Below, piece after piece: positions 8,404 through 16,092 of a DNA stretch of 51,069 nucleotides. The stretch is from a virus. Taxonomy: Duplodnaviria; Heunggongvirae; Uroviricota; Caudoviricetes. The notes beneath the pieces were generated by a model that ran no database searches, was not told the DNA's origin, and worked only from the letters and a program-made list of their open reading frames with translations. Position numbers and translations under genes: made by a program. Position 1 is the first letter of the stretch. Every line of letters starts with the position of its first letter. The stretch lies in the IMG/VR virus record IMGVR_UViG_3300042987_001724, one strand, 5' to 3'.

Positions 8404-10080
8404 ATGGCTAGACCATATGCTTTTGACGACGAAGACGAAGATTTCACGCAGTCCCAGCAGTCAGACGGGGACGCCGCGCTCAAGCCAATGGACATCCAGA
8501 AGCCTCGCGGTTTTGACGATGTCCGCGCCGGAGCCAATTCAGAGTTCCGGGCTTTCGGCGAATCCGCCAAAAAGCTGACCACCGCAGCAGATGCGATAAA
8601 GTCGGCAGTCGAATCCCTCAAGTCCGGGATTGAAGATGCGTTGAGTGATAAGGCTGGACTCCCGTCTGTCAAAACCGACACCACAGGGGCCACGCTGGAC
8701 GATGTTGTCGACGCCATCAAAAACATCAAGCTGACCCCCGCTGATGACAAGTTCGACGGTCCGAAGTCATTGAAGCCAGACAGATCGGAACCGAAACTCC
8801 AGCAAGCGCAGACGCCACGCCCGGTCCCGATTCAGCCAAAAGAATTCCAGACTCCCGGATTGAAGCCGGTCGAGTCTCGCGAGTTCACTGGACCTGAATT
8901 GGTGAAGATGCAGTCGCGAGAGTTCACCGGGCCAAAACTGGCCGAAAAGGCTCCTGCCGAGAGAATTCCATTTCCGGAAAACACAAAGTCTGAACCAAAA
9001 GAATACAAGGCGAAAGAGCCGCAGTTCGAGTCACACGGGCTGATTCCCGGACACGAAACGCAGGATCGGGTTAATGTCAAAGCCAAGTCGGGAGAATTCA
9101 TTGTCCGCCCGGAAGCCGTTAAAGCGATCGGCGTCCGTCGGCTTGAGGAAATGAACAGCCTCAAGCAAAAGCCGCCTGAATTTCATGCCCGTGGCGGGAT
9201 TGTTGGCAAGGACCGATCTCCGGAAGCATTCAAATCCCCGGACCGACAGCCGAAAGCCTACTCAGTGGGTGGTGCCGTCAAGTGGGTTGGCGGCGCATTC
9301 GCTGGTGTTGGCAAGCAGGCGTTTGAAAACACCGTCAACAAGGGGAAGGAGTATCTCGATAACGTCAAGGATGCGCAAAAGAGCAGCAAGGGGGATTTCA
9401 GTGGCGCGTTGTCAGTTGCCGCTACAGCACTGGGGCCGTTTGTGTCCGTTGGCGCAAAGGCGGCACTGGCGATCGGGAAGATATCCACAAACGCTGAGGA
9501 AGCCGCGAAGAGGCTGGGCAAGTTCAACGCAGGGATTGCCACAGCAAACGCCAAGGCAAACTATCGGCAGATCACCAGTGATGTGCAGCGAGCGGACTTC
9601 CTGTCTCCGCAACTGTCGCGATTCACTGATGTCAACTCGAAACTCAGCCAGAGCGGCCAGAATCTTGAAGCCCTGTTTTTGAAGTTCGGATTGCGGGCCG
9701 TCGTCCCAATCCTCGAAGCCATGCAGAAGGGTATCGAAACCTATGGCGGCGGCATTTCCGAGCACATCGCCAAGATGCTGGAAGGAATGGCCGCAATCGT
9801 CGAAGTCTTGGGCGGACTCCCCGCAATCGGCGGGTCGGCAACAGACGCAGCCAAAATGCTGGATGCAATGGCGGGCGATATCCGTGAGATGAACTTCCGT
9901 GGCAAGAACCCAGACATCAAGGGCGGCATGGACAAGTTCATGAAGGAGTTTCTTGGCGGACACGGCATGGACGACTCCAAGGATGCTTGGGGCGGACCGG
10001 CTGGTGGCGCCAATCAATTCCGTGTGGTCTCAGAAGATGACAACGCTGCGATTCGCGATTTAGCGAACAGGAGTTTCTGA
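8404..10080 (+). CDS. Tape-measure-like tail protein
   Basis: GEFIVRPEAVKAIGVRRLEEMN and ARGGIV motifs common in tape-measure proteins; Ala/Gly-rich amphipathic helical C-half. Confidence 0.55.
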   Translation: MARPYAFDDEDEDFTQSQQSDGDAALKPMDIQKPRGFDDVRAGANSEFRAFGESAKKLTTAADAIKSAVESLKSGIEDALSDKAGLPSVKTDTTGATLDDVVDAIKNIKLTPADDKFDGPKSLKPDRSEPKLQQAQTPRPVPIQPKEFQTPGLKPVESREFTGPELVKMQSREFTGPKLAEKAPAERIPFPENTKSEPKEYKAKEPQFESHGLIPGHETQDRVNVKAKSGEFIVRPEAVKAIGVRRLEEMNSLKQKPPEFHARGGIVGKDRSPEAFKSPDRQPKAYSVGGAVKWVGGAFAGVGKQAFENTVNKGKEYLDNVKDAQKSSKGDFSGALSVAATALGPFVSVGAKAALAIGKISTNAEEAAKRLGKFNAGIATANAKANYRQITSDVQRADFLSPQLSRFTDVNSKLSQSGQNLEALFLKFGLRAVVPILEAMQKGIETYGGGISEHIAKMLEGMAAIVEVLGGLPAIGGSATDAAKMLDAMAGDIREMNFRGKNPDIKGGMDKFMKEFLGGHGMDDSKDAWGGPAGGANQFRVVSEDDNAAIRDLANRSF

Positions 10081-10081
10081 G

Positions 10082-11848
10082 ATGGCATCCCTCCCCGGCG
10101 TAGGAACGATCTCATACAACGGCTTCGCCTTCGATGGCCCGATGGTATCGTCTCGCGCGTCGATTGAGAATGTTCGCGGGGACGATGATCGTGCGGTGAT
10201 CTTCAGTGAAATCTCAGTTGAAGTCCACGCCACGATCGACTTGGAGAACTGCGGCATCCTTCAGGGCGATCTTCCCGATGGCTATATGTCCACGATCGAC
10301 GATATCGTGCGAGCACTCTCGCAGGACGGCAAGGCGTTTGTATTCACCGACAAGATATTTGAGAGACTGGCCGTCAATACCGGAGAAACCGGCGATTATG
10401 TCGACGTCAACTACGGGCCAAGAGTCAAGGTCGTCTCTCTGGTTCCCGTTGTCGCAAATCGCGTGTTTGAGATCGTTTGGACAGCAAGAGTCTCTGTCGC
10501 GAAGTGCCCCGGAACCGATGTGATCCTGAGTGAAGGTGCTGTTCGGCAGTTCGTTTACGGCTGTCAGTGGAGCGGAGACAGTCGGGGCTATAGCACTCGC
10601 ACGGTTTCCGGCTTCATCGAAATCGTCTCCGTTCCAGCGATGAGCGACGACCAGATCACGATCAGTGCGGATGACTACCGCGAGAAACTGACAGTAGCCA
10701 TGCCGGAGGGCTATCGTCGAGTCCAAAATCATTGGCAACTCGAACCAAACAAAAGCCGAATTAACTTCGCCATCACCGACGAAGAAATCCCAAGCCCCAA
10801 TGCGTACCCGCCGGATGTTGTCGATATCGAGATCAGCCATCAGGTCAGCGTCGGACAATCCACCGCATTTTCGCAGGCCGTGTCAATTCTCAGTGGTCAT
10901 TGCGAGGTAGCCAACGGTTTCACGTCGTCGGATGCTTGGGAGCGAGTCTTCCCGATTATTTCGGCACGAATTCAGCGGGCGAGAACTAACGTCGGCGCCA
11001 TCATGCTGCTGGATATCTCGGTCACGGAATACCTGTATTCGCGGCGCATCGCATTCCAGATCACGTATCAGAAACTTGGGACGTCACCTTCCGGATTTAT
11101 CAAGTCGTCGGGCCTGTTCTCTGCAACGGACGACACATGGAGCGAATACCGGGCTTCGATGTACGGTCCGGATGAAAACACGAACGATACCGATTTGCCG
11201 TGGTCACGACGGTCAATGTCGAATCTGTCGTTCGAACCATCCGATGACAAGATTGTGACTCCATGCACCGAGCAGCCATTTGATGTTCTGGTTCACAACC
11301 AGAGACTGACTCCGTTTTCAAATCCGTTGCAAAGCGTACTGTCGAACACCTGCCCGCCGCGAAACAAGAGTTACTCCATCTACGAGAGCCGTATGAAAAC
11401 GGAGACAGCCAGCGGGGCCACTTCCGTCTACGAAATGCCGACAGAATCAACGTCTTTCACGCCAGAATCCGCGAAAACAACAGATGGAGCCACAATTTCA
11501 GCCGGTCTTGACGCTGGTGAACAGCGGATTCGCACGTTTGACGCATCCGCAGTGTCACCAGACATGACGATGACGCTGATTGGACATGCGGCGAGGCTGG
11601 GATATCCAGTTGAGATTCCGAAGATTGCGGAAACGTCTGGAATCACAGTGAAGCGAGTCCGTGGTGGCGACAAGATTGAGCAGAAGTCGTTCATGTACAT
11701 GGGGTGCCGAATGTATATGGCGAAATGGAATATCAAATACAAGATCACGGAATCGGCGACAGACGCCGCCGCACGAATCGGAAATTCGTTTGATCTGCTG
11801 AATCAGACCACAGACTACCCATCTGGCGGGCAGATGGATGTCGTTTAA
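10082..11848 (+). CDS. Putative tail/baseplate structural protein
   Basis: 588-aa beta-rich ORF 1 nt after the tape-measure-like stop; function inferred from position. Confidence 0.55.
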   Translation: MASLPGVGTISYNGFAFDGPMVSSRASIENVRGDDDRAVIFSEISVEVHATIDLENCGILQGDLPDGYMSTIDDIVRALSQDGKAFVFTDKIFERLAVNTGETGDYVDVNYGPRVKVVSLVPVVANRVFEIVWTARVSVAKCPGTDVILSEGAVRQFVYGCQWSGDSRGYSTRTVSGFIEIVSVPAMSDDQITISADDYREKLTVAMPEGYRRVQNHWQLEPNKSRINFAITDEEIPSPNAYPPDVVDIEISHQVSVGQSTAFSQAVSILSGHCEVANGFTSSDAWERVFPIISARIQRARTNVGAIMLLDISVTEYLYSRRIAFQITYQKLGTSPSGFIKSSGLFSATDDTWSEYRASMYGPDENTNDTDLPWSRRSMSNLSFEPSDDKIVTPCTEQPFDVLVHNQRLTPFSNPLQSVLSNTCPPRNKSYSIYESRMKTETASGATSVYEMPTESTSFTPESAKTTDGATISAGLDAGEQRIRTFDASAVSPDMTMTLIGHAARLGYPVEIPKIAETSGITVKRVRGGDKIEQKSFMYMGCRMYMAKWNIKYKITESATDAAARIGNSFDLLNQTTDYPSGGQMDVV

Positions 11849-11865
11849 CTTGGGGGAGTTTTGAG

Positions 11866-12300
11866 ATGAGTGATGTGATTGATTTCGATGGTGATGAAGT
11901 CGTGATCCGGGTTCGCGGTGTCGAAAAGACGCTATTCGCCTGCGACGAGATCGACAAGATCCGGGAGAAGATCCGCAAGGCCGACGAGTCGAATCCTCTG
12001 CCGCAGGAACTGGATCAGGAAACCGGGCTGATGGTTCCGGGGACACACGCCAAGGGGCAGGCGTTCGTTGACATCCTGACCACTCACTTCAAGGAAGTCG
12101 GGTTGGATGTCCGCGATAATGTCTCTTATGCAATCTGGAACGCACTGACCAAGAAGGCGGATGAGTACCGCGATTTTTTCGAGAATGGGCGGAGTTCTCC
12201 GTCACCTTCGGATTCCCCCCGACAGGAGAGTTCCGCCGACGCAAAGCTCAGAGAGCGGCTCTCTACCACGCCCGACGAATCCGCGCCGCAGAACGACTGA
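11866..12300 (+). CDS. Tail assembly chaperone (gpG-like)
   Basis: Acidic 144-aa ORF containing a slippery heptamer and an overlapping -1 frame. Confidence 0.7.
   Translation: MSDVIDFDGDEVVIRVRGVEKTLFACDEIDKIREKIRKADESNPLPQELDQETGLMVPGTHAKGQAFVDILTTHFKEVGLDVRDNVSYAIWNALTKKADEYRDFFENGRSSPSPSDSPRQESSADAKLRERLSTTPDESAPQND
12174..12180 (+). other. -1 programmed ribosomal frameshift site T TTT TTC (gpGT-like product ends at TAG 12447-12449)
   Basis: X XXY YYZ heptamer in the correct phase; -1 frame open 12165-12449 (FFREWAEFSVTFGFPP...MNEGK*), ending 2 nt before the portal ATG. Confidence 0.75.
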
Positions 12301-12451
12301 TAGAGCTTTATGACCGATGCGCCGACCCGATTGACATGGAAAAAGCCCTGATCATCGAGTCAACAGGTGATGTTGAACGTGCAGAGCGGACATGGAGGAA
12401 ACGCAAGGCCGCTGAAATGGAGGCAAAGGTCATGAACGAAGGTAAGTAGCC

Positions 12452-13696
12452 ATGAACCAGCAGTTGACATCGCGAGAAATGTACGAAATCAAGTCGATCG
12501 GGTACACCCCGCCACCGGGGCATCGCGGTTCGATGATGGACATGGGGCTACCGGGCTTCACGCTGCGACAGGTGGAGCAGATGCGTCGCGATTCCCAAGT
12601 CAAACTGGGAATGGCGATCAAAACGGCTCCGCTGATGCACGTCAAATTTGAGTGTACCGGACGACCAGACATCGTTCAGTTCGTCACCGGCCAGATGAAA
12701 TCGATATGGGATGAAGCCATCACCAAGATTTCGTCAGCACTCTGGTACAAGGTCCACGCTTCGGAGCCAGTCTACCGAAAAAACCAGAGCACCGGACTGA
12801 TGGAAATCATCTCGCTGCGGGACTTCTACCCCGGAGACGTCGAATTCTTGGAGCAGTCGCAACAACTGATTGGGCTTCGAATCAGATCCTATCAGGGGTC
12901 GAGTGTCGACAATCCGAACGGCTATTTCGACCTGATGGGAATGAAGGGATTCCACTACATCCATCGGCAGGAATTCGGGGGCCGCAACGGAGTCAGCGAA
13001 CTGGAGGCCGCATATCAGCCGTGGCTCGCCAAGGTCGGACCTGACGGCGCAATGGCAGTGAGAACGATGTGGTTTTACAAAAACGCCTACGACAGCGGAA
13101 TCATCTTCCATCCCCCCGGAGTCTACGAATACAGAGCGGGCGAGAACATCGTCCAGATTCCGTATCGTGATCTTGCCCGGCAGGCTGTTGAGCGGGCAAC
13201 ATCCGGGGCGGTTTGGGCCTTCCCGCAATCCTACGACGAAAAGGGGAACCGGATGTGGGAGTTCGTCTCCCCGAAACTGAACGGCGACGGGAAATCCCTG
13301 ATTGATTACGTCGAGCAGTTGAATGTCGAAATTTTGCGCGGCATGGGAATTCCCGACGACATCATCTCACAGACCGGGGGAACCGGAAGCTACGCCGGTC
13401 GTTCGATCCCGTTCCAAGCCTTCCTGACATCACAGAACGATACAGTCCGCGCCATCTTTCAGGCGATCGAAAAGCAGATTCTTGCCAACTTGGCGATGTG
13501 GAACTTCGGAAGCCGAGATTTTGAATTTCACGATGTTCAAGTCGATCGCGACAAACTTCTGCCATCGGATCAGCCACAACCACCCGCAGGAATGGCTCCG
13601 CCGGAAATGGGCGGAGATCCGTCGCAAGATCCAAACGCGATGGCGGCGGCACAAGCCGGTCAGCCAATGCAACCCGCTCCGGCGGCTGCCGCGTAA
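12452..13696 (+). CDS. Portal protein, DUF935/Mu gp29-like
   Basis: Size and motifs (QMRRDSQVK, SELEAAYQPW, GIPDDIISQTGGTGSYA); Pro/Gln/Ala low-complexity tail. Confidence 0.65.
   Translation: MNQQLTSREMYEIKSIGYTPPPGHRGSMMDMGLPGFTLRQVEQMRRDSQVKLGMAIKTAPLMHVKFECTGRPDIVQFVTGQMKSIWDEAITKISSALWYKVHASEPVYRKNQSTGLMEIISLRDFYPGDVEFLEQSQQLIGLRIRSYQGSSVDNPNGYFDLMGMKGFHYIHRQEFGGRNGVSELEAAYQPWLAKVGPDGAMAVRTMWFYKNAYDSGIIFHPPGVYEYRAGENIVQIPYRDLARQAVERATSGAVWAFPQSYDEKGNRMWEFVSPKLNGDGKSLIDYVEQLNVEILRGMGIPDDIISQTGGTGSYAGRSIPFQAFLTSQNDTVRAIFQAIEKQILANLAMWNFGSRDFEFHDVQVDRDKLLPSDQPQPPAGMAPPEMGGDPSQDPNAMAAAQAGQPMQPAPAAAA
13674..13695 (+). repeat. Left copy of an imperfect direct repeat (portal 3' end) bounding the Cas7-like cassette
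   Basis: ccgctccggcggctgccgcgta versus ccgctccggctgcggctgccgcgta at 15182-15206. Confidence 0.7.
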
Positions 13697-13698
13697 CG

Positions 13699-13728
13699 AA
13701 AACGCCCGGATATTTCACCGGGCGTTTT
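13699..13728. terminator. Bidirectional intrinsic terminator
   Basis: AAAACGCCCGG-ATATTTCA-CCGGGCGTTTT hairpin between the convergent portal and Cas7-like cassette. Confidence 0.85.
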
Positions 13729-13731
13729 CCC

Positions 13732-13771
13732 TTGACATGGCATGACATGACTCAACACGACTCAACACGCC
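13732..13771 (-). ncRNA. Pentamer (GNY-NN) repeat array A1, putative VIPR-type guide RNA, 8 units
   Basis: Minus strand: GGC GT GTT GA GTC GT GTT GA GTC AT GTC AT GCC AT GTC AA. Confidence 0.75.
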
Positions 13772-13804
13772 CCGCGTGGACAAGTCTCGCGAAATTTCGC
13801 CCGG

Positions 13805-14362
13805 CTATGACCACTTTACATCAACAACTTCAAATCGACCGTAATACCCGTTGTTTCTTGGTCGGAACCTACCGATCCCGATAAACCTCCCAGCGTCTTC
13901 AAGATGGGCGAGAAACACGTCTTCGTTGATCACCTCATCAAGAACAAGGAAGTCTACAACGCCAGACCATGATGGAATTACCGGGAACGTCTTTAGCACC
14001 CGAGTTGTGCCACCTCGCCTGCCGTCGCTTGGAACGTGGAGAGACTCTCCTTTCACATCACTGACATTCACGCCAAGAGATAGCGGGTCGCACACTAGCA
14101 ACCCCGCCTCAAAATGTTTTGTGTAGGTAGACTTGCCTTTTCCCGGTATCTGGATCGACTTGTACTTTGCCGCCTCCGCAAGACAATTCTTAAATGACAT
14201 TGGCGGGATGAATACGACACCATTCTCATCAGCATGCAGCCGCTCTCGCCATGTCCGTTGCTCAAATTCGTCGTGCGTTTCATCGCGAGACTTCTTTGAC
14301 TGAATAAACCTCGACTGGCTGTATGGACTAATCGACTTCAACGTAGCACTGGCTGTTCTCAT
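13805..14362 (-). CDS. Stand-alone Cas7/RAMP-like protein (Vipr-like RNA-guided effector)
   Basis: RAMP hallmarks: N-terminal strand ATLKSISPY, FIPPMSFKNCLAEAA (IPGSSLKG-like), C-terminal Gly-loop GIGRFRPRNNGYYGRF; flanked by pentamer arrays; no other cas genes. Confidence 0.8.
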   Translation of the reverse strand: MRTASATLKSISPYSQSRFIQSKKSRDETHDEFEQRTWRERLHADENGVVFIPPMSFKNCLAEAAKYKSIQIPGKGKSTYTKHFEAGLLVCDPLSLGVNVSDVKGESLHVPSDGRRGGTTRVLKTFPVIPSWSGVVDFLVLDEVINEDVFLAHLEDAGRFIGIGRFRPRNNGYYGRFEVVDVKWS

Positions 14363-14385
14363 TCCGTTCCCCTAAACTGAAAACA

Positions 14386-14435
14386 TTGACACGACTCAAC
14401 CCGCCTCGCCACAACTGGCCCCGGCTTGACCCGCC
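14386..14435 (-). ncRNA. Pentamer repeat array A2, 10 units
   Basis: Minus strand: GGC GG GTC AA GCC GG GGC CA GTT GT GGC GA GGC GG GTT GA GTC GT GTC AA. Confidence 0.8.
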
Positions 14436-14465
14436 GAGCGACACACGATAAACAAACAATAAACC

Positions 14466-14525
14466 TTGACATGCTTGGCCTCGACCCGACATGACTCACC
14501 GCGACATGCCCCGACTAGACCTGAC
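14466..14525 (-). ncRNA. Pentamer repeat array A3, 12 units
   Basis: Minus strand: GTC AG GTC TA GTC GG GGC AT GTC GC GGT GA GTC AT GTC GG GTC GA GGC CA AGC AT GTC AA. Confidence 0.8.
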
Positions 14526-14529
14526 CAAA

Positions 14530-15012
14530 TCATCCCCCGAATAACTTGAGCGTCTCGCCGATTGCGAGTGGTGAATCCCCTGTCACTTTCGACTCAATTT
14601 TCTTCGATGACTTACTGGACCCAAACAGCTTGATCGCCCCTAACTGCGCCGACTTGGTCAAATGCGATTTTCGAGACTCTGGTGACAACTCATCAAACTC
14701 AATGTTTTGCAGGATCTTCATCCCCTTGCTGGCGGCACGACGCGCCTTCCCGACGAAAGACCCACCGGCATTCACAGCGCCGTCTCCATCGAGACGCTTC
14801 AAGCCCTCGCCGAAAATCACATCAAAATGAATTTTCTCTTCGACTAGAGTCTTTCGGGCTGTCGCCAAGTTGCCGCGACAAAACTCCCTTACGTCCCTTC
14901 CTAGGATTGTCGACAGTTCCGTATACGGAATGACGTCACCCGGAGACGTGTTTCTCAATCTGTTCTCAAGAATCGACGTGTCAGCCGACTTTTCTCGAAT
15001 ACCCTTGCTCAT
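14530..15012 (-). CDS. Accessory protein of the Cas7-like cassette (160 aa, possible N-terminal winged helix)
   Basis: GGAG RBS before the ATG at 15012 (MSKGIREK...); located between arrays A3 and A4. Confidence 0.75.
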   Translation of the reverse strand: MSKGIREKSADTSILENRLRNTSPGDVIPYTELSTILGRDVREFCRGNLATARKTLVEEKIHFDVIFGEGLKRLDGDGAVNAGGSFVGKARRAASKGMKILQNIEFDELSPESRKSHLTKSAQLGAIKLFGSSKSSKKIESKVTGDSPLAIGETLKLFGG

Positions 15013-15022
15013 ACAAAACTCC

Positions 15023-15082
15023 TTGACTCGAATCGCCTGAACGAGCCTCGTCATGCCCAAACGCGACGCGACACAACTCGAC
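15023..15082 (-). ncRNA. Pentamer repeat array A4, 12 units
   Basis: Minus strand: GTC GA GTT GT GTC GC GTC GC GTT TG GGC AT GAC GA GGC TC GTT CA GGC GA TTC GA GTC AA. Confidence 0.75.
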
Positions 15083-15126
15083 AAATACAATACGACACCA
15101 TTCACATCGCGGATCACAAGTATTTT

Positions 15127-15145
15127 GCAGTTTCTGGGAAAATTC
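15127..15145. promoter_or_regulatory. 19-bp operator GCAGTTTCTGGGAAAATTC upstream of the Cas7-like cassette
   Basis: Matches the phage-wide 8-3-8 motif. Confidence 0.6.
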
Positions 15146-15181
15146 CACTAACGCGGCTTCCGCTTCCGAATTCGGATCAAG

Positions 15182-15206
15182 CCGCTCCGGCTGCGGCTGC
15201 CGCGTA
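15182..15206 (+). repeat. Right copy of the portal 3'-end direct repeat
   Basis: Encodes APAAAAA* like the portal end APAAAA*. Confidence 0.7.
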
Positions 15207-15317
15207 GTTGCGTCAACCTTTCGGTGTTGGTAGCTTTTTGGCGTGATCTGCGCTGCCCAGACTGCGTTAAACAATGCAGTCCCACCGAATTATTGCAGTT
15301 AAATACGGAGTGTTGAC

Positions 15318-15617
15318 ATGAATCGCATCAAGGCTTACGGAATGATTCTTCTTGGAGTACCAGCGGGGTACATCGCCAGTTACTTCATGCAGGCAAGCAC
15401 ATTGCGACTCTTCATGTCGCTGGGGCAGTACATCATGTCCGCTCACAAGATTCTGCTGCCGAATAAATTTGGGCAGATAATGCGAGACGGTGAGGCGGTT
15501 CAAGGTGCGTACATCACCGCGTTTGTCGGGATAGCCATTGGGGTGATTGCCTTTGGTGCCATCGCCTACGCATCTGAGGCGAAGCCCAAGAAGCACCCGG
15601 ACGCTAAAATCTCCTGA
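15318..15617 (+). CDS. Small two-TM membrane protein (moron)
   Basis: Two hydrophobic segments; GGAG RBS. Confidence 0.7.
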   Translation: MNRIKAYGMILLGVPAGYIASYFMQASTLRLFMSLGQYIMSAHKILLPNKFGQIMRDGEAVQGAYITAFVGIAIGVIAFGAIAYASEAKPKKHPDAKIS

Positions 15618-15684
15618 TTGTTCTCAAAAATCTTCCGTTTCTACGGAATCCTCAGCACTGATCGCGATTTTCCTCGTTGTAATA

Positions 15685-15703
15685 GAAGTTGCCAATCAAC
15701 TTC
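15685..15703. promoter_or_regulatory. 19-bp operator GAAGTTGCCAATCAACTTC
   Basis: 7/8 inverted repeat, intergenic. Confidence 0.7.
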
Positions 15704-15759
15704 CCATCTTGTAGGGCACGCGATTGGCTTTGCAGTCTTCTGTTCACTGAGGGGATACC

Positions 15760-16092
15760 ATGCGTAACTTGATGCTTGCAGCGATTGTGGCTTTGGTGGC
15801 GAGTGCGGCGGACGCTGCCCCGAGGCTGGTGTTTATTAAAATGGCAGCAAAGGCTGGCGGAGATACGACGTATCGCCTTGAGGTCGGCGGTGATTCTTCG
15901 TACCGAGACCCAACCAGCCGAGTCGAGTATTACCAGAAGGCTGGCGTATGGACCCTGCGCAGCACGCTTGATGGTGACATTATCTGGACGAAGCCGACAG
16001 ACCCGTTTGAGCTTGGCGGAGGCTTTACTATTCAGTCGAATACGTCAAAATTCGGTGCCCCTGCGATTACGATTGTGCAGACGGTTGACTGA
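15760..16092 (+). CDS. Small secreted protein (moron)
   Basis: Sec signal MRNLMLAAIVALVASAADA; GAGGGG RBS. Confidence 0.7.
   Translation: MRNLMLAAIVALVASAADAAPRLVFIKMAAKAGGDTTYRLEVGGDSSYRDPTSRVEYYQKAGVWTLRSTLDGDIIWTKPTDPFELGGGFTIQSNTSKFGAPAITIVQTVD

Noticed and set aside
13732-15082. CRISPR array next to the Cas7-like gene
   Set aside because: There are no 25-45-nt identical repeats with unique spacers; periodicity is 5 nt, and no cas1/cas2/cas5/cas6 is present
15013-15117. N-terminal extension of the accessory ORF (ORF track 14530..15117)
   Set aside because: The extension simply reads through array A4; a GGAG RBS sits before the ATG at 15012
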